Of a DNA stretch of 64,000 bases, positions 56,648 to 64,000 are shown one piece after another; position 1 is the stretch's first letter, and every line of letters begins with the position of its first letter. The notes below the pieces were generated by a model. The model had not been told where the DNA came from. It ran no database searches and saw nothing but the letters and a program-made list of their open reading frames with translations. Origin of the DNA: Clostridiales bacterium (GTDB taxonomy: Bacteria; Bacillota; Clostridia; Oscillospirales; UBA644). The stretch spans positions 73-64,072 of the forward strand of contig JAEEJO010000045.1 in assembly GCA_016281915.1 (NCBI GenBank), in the 5' to 3' direction. A program made the translations under genes and the position numbers.

Positions 56648-56713
56648 ATAATATTATATTAATAATTTAATACTTTTATGATATAAGATTATATCACTTT
56701 ATATTATAACACA

Positions 56714-56748
56714 AATTCCCGGAAAAGTAAACATCTTTTCCGGGAATT
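56714..56748 (-). terminator. terminator after aminopeptidase gene
   Basis: 14-bp perfect stem AATTCCCGGAAAAG / CTTTTCCGGGAATT. Confidence 0.75.
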
Positions 56749-56771
56749 ACAAATATTTTTCGGATTTTCAG

Positions 56772-58136
56772 TTAATATTTTTCGTAAAATGCTTTGCAGA
56801 GTCTGTCAAGCATATAAATATCTGTCTTTGCGGCTACTTCGCAGGGCGCATGCATCGAAAGCATTGCAACGCCGATATCGAGAACTTCGATATTTCTGTC
56901 TGCGATAAACTGAGAGACTGTTCCTCCGCCGCCCTGATCTACTTTACCGAGCTCGGTAAACTGGTATAATACGTTTGCCTCGTCAAATATCGCAAGAAGC
57001 TTGGAAATGAACTCAGGGCAGGCGTCTGAAGCTCCGCTCTTTCCGCCGTGACCCGTATATTTGCAGATAGCAGGACCGCAGTTTATGCATGCCGCATTGT
57101 GCTTTTCGAAAACTTCGGGGTAGTTCGGGTCGAAAGCTGCAGCAACGTCCGAAGAGATCGCAGCCGAGTTTGCAAAAGCGATGCGGCTGTTATATCCGTC
57201 GCAGAGGGCAAGGAGGAAGTTGTTCATGAAGTCCGAACGAAGACCCGTCACGCCAACACTGCCGATTTCTTCTTTATCGGCAAAAACGCAGACACATGTC
57301 TTTTTCGGAGCTTTTGTTTTGAGAAGCGCGGTAAAGCAGGGATATGCGCACACTCTGTCGTCGTGTCCGTATGCCGCGATGAGGCTTCTGTCAAAGCCTA
57401 CGTCTCTTGCATTGTCTGCAGGAACAACGGTTATTTCCGCAGTGAACAGATCTTTTTCGGCAATACCGTATTTCTGATTGAGAGCTTTGAGCACATATTC
57501 GCGGATTTTGTCTTTTTCTTCGTTGTTGTCGGGCTTGGAGCCGAGAAGCACGTTGAGTCCTTCACCGGTGAACGCCGTAGCGAGCGGTTTCTGAGCCTGG
57601 TCCTTTGCAAGATGAGGCAGAAGATCCGTGATCATGAAAACGGGGTCTCCGGGATCCGAACCGATATTTACCTTAACGCTCGTTCCGTCTTTTTTGCAGA
57701 CAACACCGCAGAGAGCGAGAGGTCTAGTTACCCACTGGTATTTGCGGATACCGCCGTAATAATGGGTCTTGAAAAATGCCATCCCGTTATCTTCGTAGAG
57801 CGGAGAGGGTTTAAGGTCAAGACGCGGAGCGTCAACATGCGCCGCTGTGATATTGAAGCCTTTTTCGGGAGATTCCGTGCCTATTACGGCAAAGATGGCA
57901 GCATGTTTTTTCTGGGAAAGATATACCTTGTCGCCGGCTTTGTATTTTTTGCCGTCTTCAAAAGGCTTAAAACCTTCTTTTTCGGCAAGAGAAACAGCGT
58001 ATTCAACGCACATTCTTTCTGTTTTGCCGTTGTCGAGAAATTTTTTGTAGCCCTCGCAATATTCCGAAACTTCGTTAAGCTCAGCTTCGGAAAGGACGTC
58101 GAAGGCGTTCTTGTTCTGATAGGAAAGATCGCTCAT
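56772..58136 (-). CDS. M18 family aminopeptidase
   Basis: AHVDAPRLD, HYYGGIRKYQW, DD, DKEEIGS, SMHAP. Confidence 0.93.
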   Translation of the reverse strand: MSDLSYQNKNAFDVLSEAELNEVSEYCEGYKKFLDNGKTERMCVEYAVSLAEKEGFKPFEDGKKYKAGDKVYLSQKKHAAIFAVIGTESPEKGFNITAAHVDAPRLDLKPSPLYEDNGMAFFKTHYYGGIRKYQWVTRPLALCGVVCKKDGTSVKVNIGSDPGDPVFMITDLLPHLAKDQAQKPLATAFTGEGLNVLLGSKPDNNEEKDKIREYVLKALNQKYGIAEKDLFTAEITVVPADNARDVGFDRSLIAAYGHDDRVCAYPCFTALLKTKAPKKTCVCVFADKEEIGSVGVTGLRSDFMNNFLLALCDGYNSRIAFANSAAISSDVAAAFDPNYPEVFEKHNAACINCGPAICKYTGHGGKSGASDACPEFISKLLAIFDEANVLYQFTELGKVDQGGGGTVSQFIADRNIEVLDIGVAMLSMHAPCEVAAKTDIYMLDRLCKAFYEKY

Positions 58137-58720
58137 TTTGTTCCTCCGTAAATTGTATTTAAAATTTCAAAAAGCTGTTTTTTGGTGTCTTTCAGATTAT
58201 CGTTGACAATGATGAAATCCGAGTTTTCTCTGAAATAGACGTCGGAAAGCTGGCGTGAAAAACGCTGCTTTGCCTGTTCTTCTGTTATTCCGTCTCTTGA
58301 GATTATGCGTGAAAGACGGTTTTTTTCATCGCATAAAACGGCGATGACATAATCGCACATCTCGTTCCCGTGCGCTTCAAAAAGCGCGGCGCCGTCTATA
58401 ACGAATCTGCCGTGTCCCTTTTGCTGTTCCTTATCGATCATTTCTCTCACACGGTTCATGATAGCTCCGTGCATTATGCCGTTCAGGACTTTTGTGCATT
58501 CATCCGAAGAAAACGCCTTTTTGGCAAGAGCCGCGCGGTCAAGAGTTCCGTCCGGCTGCAGAATATCCGTGCCGAATTCTTCGGTGAGTTTCGGCAATAC
58601 CTCATCTGCAACTTCTCTGGCGACGATATCGGTATCTATGTGAATAAAACCGTGGGCGCGAAGCATTGCGCTTACCGTGCCTTTTCCCGCTCCGCTCGGT
58701 CCGGTAACGCCGATTATCAT
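58133..58720 (-). CDS. coaE: dephospho-CoA kinase
   Basis: GVTGPSGAGKGT, LDRAALA, RII.RDG. Confidence 0.92.
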   Translation of the reverse strand: MIIGVTGPSGAGKGTVSAMLRAHGFIHIDTDIVAREVADEVLPKLTEEFGTDILQPDGTLDRAALAKKAFSSDECTKVLNGIMHGAIMNRVREMIDKEQQKGHGRFVIDGAALFEAHGNEMCDYVIAVLCDEKNRLSRIISRDGITEEQAKQRFSRQLSDVYFRENSDFIIVNDNLKDTKKQLFEILNTIYGGTK

Positions 58721-59751
58721 AAGCATTCCTCCGTATCGATTACAGTGAAATCGGAAGCCCGAAGAAGACGGTTGTATACTGCCAGACCCTCTCTTTCAGG
58801 CGGCGCGCAGCGGACGTATATGAGCTCGCAGCCCTTTTCGGCGTCGGCACTTCTCAGTGCGGCAAAAACGTTTTCCGCAAGAGTTTCGGGCTTGTTGGGC
58901 GAGCCGTACGGAATCGTAAAATAGTCCGAAAAAACGTCTTCCTCTCCGTCAAAGCAGATAACTATCGTTTTTTTGCCGGTATCGCGTTTTTTTATATATC
59001 GCAGCGCGGAATCGGCGCTTCCCGTCAGGCATACGGTTTCGGCGTCGGGCGCATAGTGCTTGTGCATCAGTCCGGGCGAAAGCGCTTTTTCGTTTTTCGG
59101 CAGCCTCTGAAGGACGGCGTCGGCAACGGTAAGATCGGGAAGGACCTGTCTGAGCATTTCAACGGTAATTGCTCCCGGGCGGAGAAGACACGGTTTTTCG
59201 GACACAAGGCTTACTACCGTTGATTCAACACCGCACTCGCAGTTTCCGCCGTTGACGGCAGCCGAAACGTATTCGTTTTGCGAAAGATCGTTTATTATAT
59301 GCTCAAATCTCGTCGGTGAAGGCTTGCCTGAAATATTTGCGCTCGGCGCGGCAAGGGGGAAGCCGCAAAGCGAGACTATTTTATGCGCCGTTGGGTGTGA
59401 CGGCATTCTCACAGCAACGCTTGAAAGACCTGCGGTAACTATATCGGGAACGACGGGCTTTTTCGGAAGGATCATGGTGAGCGGACCCGGCCAGAATTTT
59501 TCGGCAAGCCTATAAGCGGATTCCGTCGGAAAACAGTATTCGGAAAATGATGAGATATCGCTTATATGAATTATCAGCGGATTATCCGCGGGTCTGCCTT
59601 TTGCAAGAAATATTTTTTTAACGGCATCGCCGTCAAGTGCGTTTGCCGCAAGCCCGTAAACGGTTTCGGTCGGTATGGCAACAATGTCCCCGTTTTTCAG
59701 CAAACGCGAACATGTGCAAAGATCTTCTGAAGAGGATGAAAGAATCAGCAT
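58717..59751 (-). CDS. sua5: L-threonylcarbamoyladenylate synthase (Sua5/TsaC2)
   Basis: PTETVYGL, KGRPADNPLI, APSAN.SG, SPG..KHYAP. Confidence 0.93.
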   Translation of the reverse strand: MLILSSSSEDLCTCSRLLKNGDIVAIPTETVYGLAANALDGDAVKKIFLAKGRPADNPLIIHISDISSFSEYCFPTESAYRLAEKFWPGPLTMILPKKPVVPDIVTAGLSSVAVRMPSHPTAHKIVSLCGFPLAAPSANISGKPSPTRFEHIINDLSQNEYVSAAVNGGNCECGVESTVVSLVSEKPCLLRPGAITVEMLRQVLPDLTVADAVLQRLPKNEKALSPGLMHKHYAPDAETVCLTGSADSALRYIKKRDTGKKTIVICFDGEEDVFSDYFTIPYGSPNKPETLAENVFAALRSADAEKGCELIYVRCAPPEREGLAVYNRLLRASDFTVIDTEECL

Positions 59752-59771
59752 ATTTCCCTCTGAAAGCGTAT

Positions 59772-60758
59772 TTATGCGAATACGGAAATGATATCGAAAT
59801 AAAATGAAACGGCAGCCACCGCAAAGAAGACGTAAAAAAACGGAGCGCGAAAAACGGTGTAGGGGTGAAATTCGGGCTTTTCAGCCGTTGCTCCGGGGCG
59901 TTTTATCTTAAAAACAACAATAAAAGCGATAAAAAACGTTACGGCAAATACAGCAACGCCGATAAAATAGAGCGTGTATGCGATCTGTCCCGCAAAAGTA
60001 TTCAGATACGGCTCGGCAAGACGGAGAACGGCTGAGTTGAGATTAAGGAAGAAGTGGGTGATGATACCGAGCTTCAGAGAATCGAACCGCATTGAAAAGT
60101 AACCGATACACAACCCTGCGGTCAGACTGAAGACATAGTTGCTGACCGAAGAATGCATCATCATGAAAACCGCGGCAGATAAAATTACCGCAAACACTTT
60201 TCCGCACTTTTTCAGCGTAGTCATAGCAAGTCCGCGTATAAGCAGCTCTTCACTGACTGCGGGAATCACACAAAGATAGATCAGATATAGCTGGATAAGA
60301 GCGGGTGAAGACGGCGTTTGCGGCACGGACGGTGAAAAACTGTAGCCGAGAATTGCAAAAATGCGGTCGGCGACAATATAAAAAACGGCTGTTGAGACGT
60401 ACGCAACAAGAAACGTGGTTCCTATCGCGCAGAATGTCTGCTGAACACCGGGGCGTTTTTCGAAAAAGCTGTCTTCTCCTTTCTTTTCGGACCTGAAGAT
60501 ATATGCGCAAAAAACAGGTATCGAAACGCAGAAAAGGTAAAGTGAAATACCGAAAAGCAGACCCGGCAGATCTGATACGGAAGATAGAGAAGCGACAGCG
60601 CCGTCCGCTCTTTCCGTCCCCGTCAGCCGCAGAAAAGCCGTTACGGGTGCTTTCCAGTAAGTCAGAACAAGCGTCATAAGCAGCTTTATGCCTGTCAGAA
60701 CGGCGAAAACTCCGTTCAGCTCAGAGATAAAAACCTTCTTCGGGGATCTTTCTTCCAC
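59772..60758 (-). CDS. CPBP (CAAX/Abi) intramembrane glutamic endopeptidase
   Basis: EELLIRG, F...H, H...N motifs. Start moved to GTG 60758 (GGGAG RBS) because a promoter covers 60800-60828. Confidence 0.85.
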   Translation of the reverse strand: MEERSPKKVFISELNGVFAVLTGIKLLMTLVLTYWKAPVTAFLRLTGTERADGAVASLSSVSDLPGLLFGISLYLFCVSIPVFCAYIFRSEKKGEDSFFEKRPGVQQTFCAIGTTFLVAYVSTAVFYIVADRIFAILGYSFSPSVPQTPSSPALIQLYLIYLCVIPAVSEELLIRGLAMTTLKKCGKVFAVILSAAVFMMMHSSVSNYVFSLTAGLCIGYFSMRFDSLKLGIITHFFLNLNSAVLRLAEPYLNTFAGQIAYTLYFIGVAVFAVTFFIAFIVVFKIKRPGATAEKPEFHPYTVFRAPFFYVFFAVAAVSFYFDIISVFA

Positions 60759-60799
60759 AGTCTGCGCTCCCGTGCCGGAAATACTTGAAATACTGGAAC

Positions 60800-60828
60800 A
60801 GTATATCACATAAAACGGTGTTTTTCAA
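60800..60828 (-). promoter_or_regulatory. sigma-A promoter
   Basis: TTGAAA-17 nt-TATACT with extended TG. Confidence 0.6.
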
Positions 60829-60911
60829 GTATAAACACGGTTTTTTTCGGAATTGTTCATCAAACCGACGGAAAAGGGAGGGGACGTGAGGCTCAATATC
60901 GGATTTTTTGC

Positions 60912-60940
60912 TTGACAAAATAAAAAAAGCAGATTATAAT
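60912..60940 (+). promoter_or_regulatory. sigma-A promoter
   Basis: TTGACA-17 nt-TATAAT. Confidence 0.8.
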
Positions 60941-60973
60941 AAGCCAATGGTCTTGTTTGAAAGGGTGATTGAA

Positions 60974-61633
60974 ATGTCATATAAAATAGAGCTTCACTGT
61001 CATACGAATCCGGTCAGCGGCTGTTCAAACATAAACGGACGCGACCTTGTAAGGTGCTATGCGAAAGCCGGGTATTCGGCTGTTCAGGTGACGGATCATT
61101 TTACTTCCGCTTTTTTTGCGGAGCATGAGTTTGAAGACTATTTTTACGGTTATCATGCGGCAAGGATAGAGGGCGAAAAATCAGGGGTGAAAGTTTATCT
61201 CGGTGCGGAGCTGAGGTATGACGGATGCGCTAACGATTATCTTCTTTTCGGCGTTGACGAAAACTTTCTTCGCGGCGCAAAAGAGCTCCTGAAAGGTCCT
61301 TATTCCGAAATATTCGCATATTGCAGAAAGAACGGAGTTCTTATATATCAGGCTCATCCGTTCCGTGACGGAATGCAGGAAACGCCTGCGGAAATGCTTG
61401 ACGGCGTGGAAGGATACAACATGCATCCCGGTCACAGATCAAGGAACGAAAAAGCCATTGCCTACGCAAAAGAGCACGGACTCAATTATCTTTCGGGCTC
61501 CGACGCCCATTCAAAGGAGATGGTGGGAAGAGGCGGTATAATCGCAGACAGTCTGCCCGAAGACTCGGCGGGTCTGAGGGATCTTATACTCAGCGGAAAA
61601 TACGAACTTTATCATGAAGGAGAGCTTTTATAA
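60974..61633 (+). CDS. PHP domain phosphoesterase
   Basis: HCHT, TDH, AHPFR, GSDAH; start ATG 60974. Confidence 0.88.
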   Translation: MSYKIELHCHTNPVSGCSNINGRDLVRCYAKAGYSAVQVTDHFTSAFFAEHEFEDYFYGYHAARIEGEKSGVKVYLGAELRYDGCANDYLLFGVDENFLRGAKELLKGPYSEIFAYCRKNGVLIYQAHPFRDGMQETPAEMLDGVEGYNMHPGHRSRNEKAIAYAKEHGLNYLSGSDAHSKEMVGRGGIIADSLPEDSAGLRDLILSGKYELYHEGELL

Positions 61634-62349
61634 TGGCTTATTTGCAGATGAATATTTTTTCCGACACGATCGGAATGATGACAGGAGTTAACGTAATAAT
61701 CCCCGAACGCTCAGACGTTCCGCCGGCTGTTCTTTACCTTCTTCACGGTCTTTCGGACGATCAGGGCGCATGGATGCGCCGCACGTCGATAGAGAGATAT
61801 GTCGAGAATAAAAATCTGGCTGTTATCATGCCTACTACATACAGAGGCTTTTATACGGATATGGCAAACGGATATAACTACTGGACGTATATCTCGCAGG
61901 AGCTTCCCGAAAAAATGCACAGGATATTCAGACTGTCGGACGAAAAAGAAAAAACGTTTGCCGCCGGTCTTTCGATGGGCGGTTACGGCGCGCTGAAGCT
62001 CGGGCTTCGCATGCCGGGATCTTTCAGCGCTGTCGCAGGCTTTTCTTCGGTTGCCGACGTGAAACAAAAGGTTTCCGCTTCGGAAGAATATCTGCGTGTT
62101 TTCGGCAGCGAGATTTCCGAAAAGGACGATCTTTTCTCTCTTGCAGATGCTCTGCCCGCACAGAAAGCTCCGCGAATTTATATGTGGTGCGGCACAGAGG
62201 ATTTTCTGCTTGACGGAAACAGACGTCTTTCTTCTCATCTGAAAAAGCTCGGCTATAATATCGATTATTCCGAATCTGCCGGCGGACATCAGTGGGAACG
62301 CTGGGACGAGCAGATCAGGAAGGCCGTTGAGTGGTTCGGGATAGCATAA
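61633..62349 (+). CDS. esterase (tributyrin esterase / S-formylglutathione hydrolase family)
   Basis: LLHGLSD, GLSMGG, CGTEDFL, GH.W. Confidence 0.88.
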   Translation: MAYLQMNIFSDTIGMMTGVNVIIPERSDVPPAVLYLLHGLSDDQGAWMRRTSIERYVENKNLAVIMPTTYRGFYTDMANGYNYWTYISQELPEKMHRIFRLSDEKEKTFAAGLSMGGYGALKLGLRMPGSFSAVAGFSSVADVKQKVSASEEYLRVFGSEISEKDDLFSLADALPAQKAPRIYMWCGTEDFLLDGNRRLSSHLKKLGYNIDYSESAGGHQWERWDEQIRKAVEWFGIA

Positions 62350-62554
62350 TTTGGTTAATATAACGGAATGCAGGTATTCGAAGCTTTCATATTTGTAAAT
62401 AATTAACGAAGTTTGCTCTGACGGAAAATTTTTCAAAAAATGTCTTTATTTTTTTGTTAAAATATGCTATAATATATTCGTAATAAGGAATCGTTTATGA
62501 TAAAATCGCCGAATAAATGAGCCTTGTTGCAATATGACGTAAGGAGTGAACCAT

Positions 62555-63082
62555 ATGCAGATCAACTACACCGAAAGAAAATGCCACATTTGGGACAGCA
62601 CAAAAGACTATACCGAGAAAAAGATCAAAAAGCTTGACAAATTTTTTGCCGGTGACTGCGTCGTACATGTTATCTACACCCTGGAAAAAGATGATAAATG
62701 CAAAGTTGAGGTCACTGCCGATTACGGCGGAATCATTTTCAGGGCTCAGGAAACAACGAAGGACTTCCGCGAAAGCATAGACAAAATTGTGGACGTTCTT
62801 ATCAGACAGATAAGAAAACATAAAACAAAACTCGAAAAACGCCTTAAACAGAGCGATTTCACGTTTGAACGCGGCTTCTCGACCGACAGTGAGGACGAGG
62901 ATGAAGATATCATAACAAGAAGAAAATCTCTCGTTGTCACACCTATGTCCGAAGATGAGGCGATTCTTCAGATGAACATGGTCGGTCACGACTTCTTTGT
63001 TTTCCGCTCGGATGCCGATAACCGTATATGCATAGTATACAGACGTAAGGACGGCAATTACGGTATCATCGAAACAGAATAA
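62555..63082 (+). CDS. hpf: ribosome hibernation promoting factor, long form
   Basis: KKLDKFF, RQIRKHKTKL, PMSEDEAILQMNMVGHDFFVF, YRRKDGNYG. Confidence 0.95.
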   Translation: MQINYTERKCHIWDSTKDYTEKKIKKLDKFFAGDCVVHVIYTLEKDDKCKVEVTADYGGIIFRAQETTKDFRESIDKIVDVLIRQIRKHKTKLEKRLKQSDFTFERGFSTDSEDEDEDIITRRKSLVVTPMSEDEAILQMNMVGHDFFVFRSDADNRICIVYRRKDGNYGIIETE

Positions 63083-63144
63083 AACCGATAACTCCGCAGC
63101 GCAAACAGTTTCGTTTTTGTGTGATATTGATAAATAAATAATAT

Positions 63145-63184
63145 AAAAGGATTAACCCGAGAAGTCGGGCTAATCCTTTTTTTT
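63145..63184 (+). terminator. intrinsic terminator
   Basis: AAAAGGATTAACCCGA-gaag-TCGGGCTAATCC-T8. Confidence 0.8.
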
Positions 63185-63188
63185 AAAT

Positions 63189-63213
63189 CACAGCCCGTTC
63201 AGAATGGGCTGTG
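63189..63213 (-). terminator. hairpin terminator for the minus-strand gene
   Basis: CACAGCCC...GGGCTGTG followed by ATTT on the minus strand. Confidence 0.55.
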
Positions 63214-63264
63214 TAATGAAAGACAGTTATACGGTCAGGTATATTTGCCTGCGTCAGGTATCGT

Positions 63265-64000
63265 TTATTCTTCTCCCCATACTGCGAGGATCCCGCGCTT
63301 TGACGGCTCTATGTTCTCTTCGACATGCTCGTCAACCTTTTTGCTTACCGATTCGATATACTCTGACGGGGATTTGTTGCCCTGAAGCCATTCGCCGAGA
63401 GCTGCCCACGACGAAGTGGCGAAATATGTATACTGCGAGTTCCAGTATAAATCGAAATATACGTCGGTGTCGCGTGAATCGAAGAAGTAATTTCTTGACA
63501 TAAATTCTCTGATTGATTCAACCGTGGGATATTCTTCAAAAGGTTCATACAGGGCGCTTATCGCCGCCGCCGTTTGTTCCGGACAGTGCGAAAGCCGCGA
63601 AAAAACAAGACATCTTTCAATATTCGCATGGCACGCAGACTTAAATCCCGGCGCAACATCCGGTCCTGACGGCCATGGAACAAGGCCGAAATTCGTCGTT
63701 TCTTTTGCTACTCTGTTGGTCACATTTTCAGAACTTATAACACTGATAACGGTGTTGCCTGCCAGAAAAGAATCAAGAGAATTGCTTTGGGTATCAAGAG
63801 TGTAAGCCAGCGGTCCGTCGTAAATGTATTTTGCCTCTTCCATCGAAACGAGTGTTCTGGGATTATAAAGTCCCGACTGGAACTCACCGTTTTTATCAAG
63901 CTCTGCCAGCCTGTATCCGTTTGAAATAAGATAAAGACTTCCAAGCCCGTGTGTCGAGCAGGTCAGGGCATAGTTTTTTACCTCGCTGCCTTCTGCCATG
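63265..64000 (-). CDS. extracellular solute-binding protein of a carbohydrate ABC transporter (3' part; runs off window edge)
   Basis: F..G...., FGLVPWPSGP and terminal helix (SPSEYIE) typical of SBP family 1. Confidence 0.65.
   Translation of the reverse strand, partial: MAEGSEVKNYALTCSTHGLGSLYLISNGYRLAELDKNGEFQSGLYNPRTLVSMEEAKYIYDGPLAYTLDTQSNSLDSFLAGNTVISVISSENVTNRVAKETTNFGLVPWPSGPDVAPGFKSACHANIERCLVFSRLSHCPEQTAAAISALYEPFEEYPTVESIREFMSRNYFFDSRDTDVYFDLYWNSQYTYFATSSWAALGEWLQGNKSPSEYIESVSKKVDEHVEENIEPSKRGILAVWGEE

Noticed and set aside
56647-56700. AT-only palindromes in the metK leader (TATAATATTATA, TGATATAA-ga-TTATATCA)
   Set aside because: Region is extremely AT-rich, so such palindromes are expected by chance.
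57048-58151. 367-aa plus-strand ORF
   Set aside because: Antisense shadow of the M18 aminopeptidase; no RBS or recognisable motif.
62350-62554. raiA motif ncRNA upstream of hpf
   Set aside because: Leader after the -10 box is only about 75 nt and AT-rich; too short.

Overview
64 kb of a Firmicutes (Clostridia-like, inferred from gene content and sigma-A promoter style) chromosome. No rRNA, tRNA, CRISPR array, transposase or prophage was recognised. About 1-14.3 kb is an accessory-looking block: luxS, redox/flavin enzymes, a ZIP metal transporter with an ABC exporter and an HMA protein, and a split Y-family polymerase/YolD cassette. The rest is mostly housekeeping (tkt, trpS, nfo, a topo IV-like pair, smc-ftsY, alaS, ispE, metK, coaE, Sua5, hpf) interspersed with unusual cell-envelope genes. 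Best leads: (1) three GTTAG-N6-CTAAC boxes, and a 3' tail on the metal operon carrying two anti-SD/anti-start motifs, one 22/24 complementary to the translation start of a neighbouring flavin reductase gene (candidate 3'-UTR sRNA); (2) an identical ECF-type promoter CGGAAC-N16-CGTCTAAAAA before an Ig-domain lipoprotein sortase and a beta-propeller lipoprotein; (3) two orphan class B sortases, the second with LytTR-like direct repeats; (4) a three-gene membrane operon ending in a protein with a duplicated 6-Cys ectodomain and an EspG-like cytoplasmic region; (5) a DacA-like protein lacking its catalytic motifs; (6) a compact SAM-III-like element before metK. All family assignments come from motif recognition by eye, not database searches.
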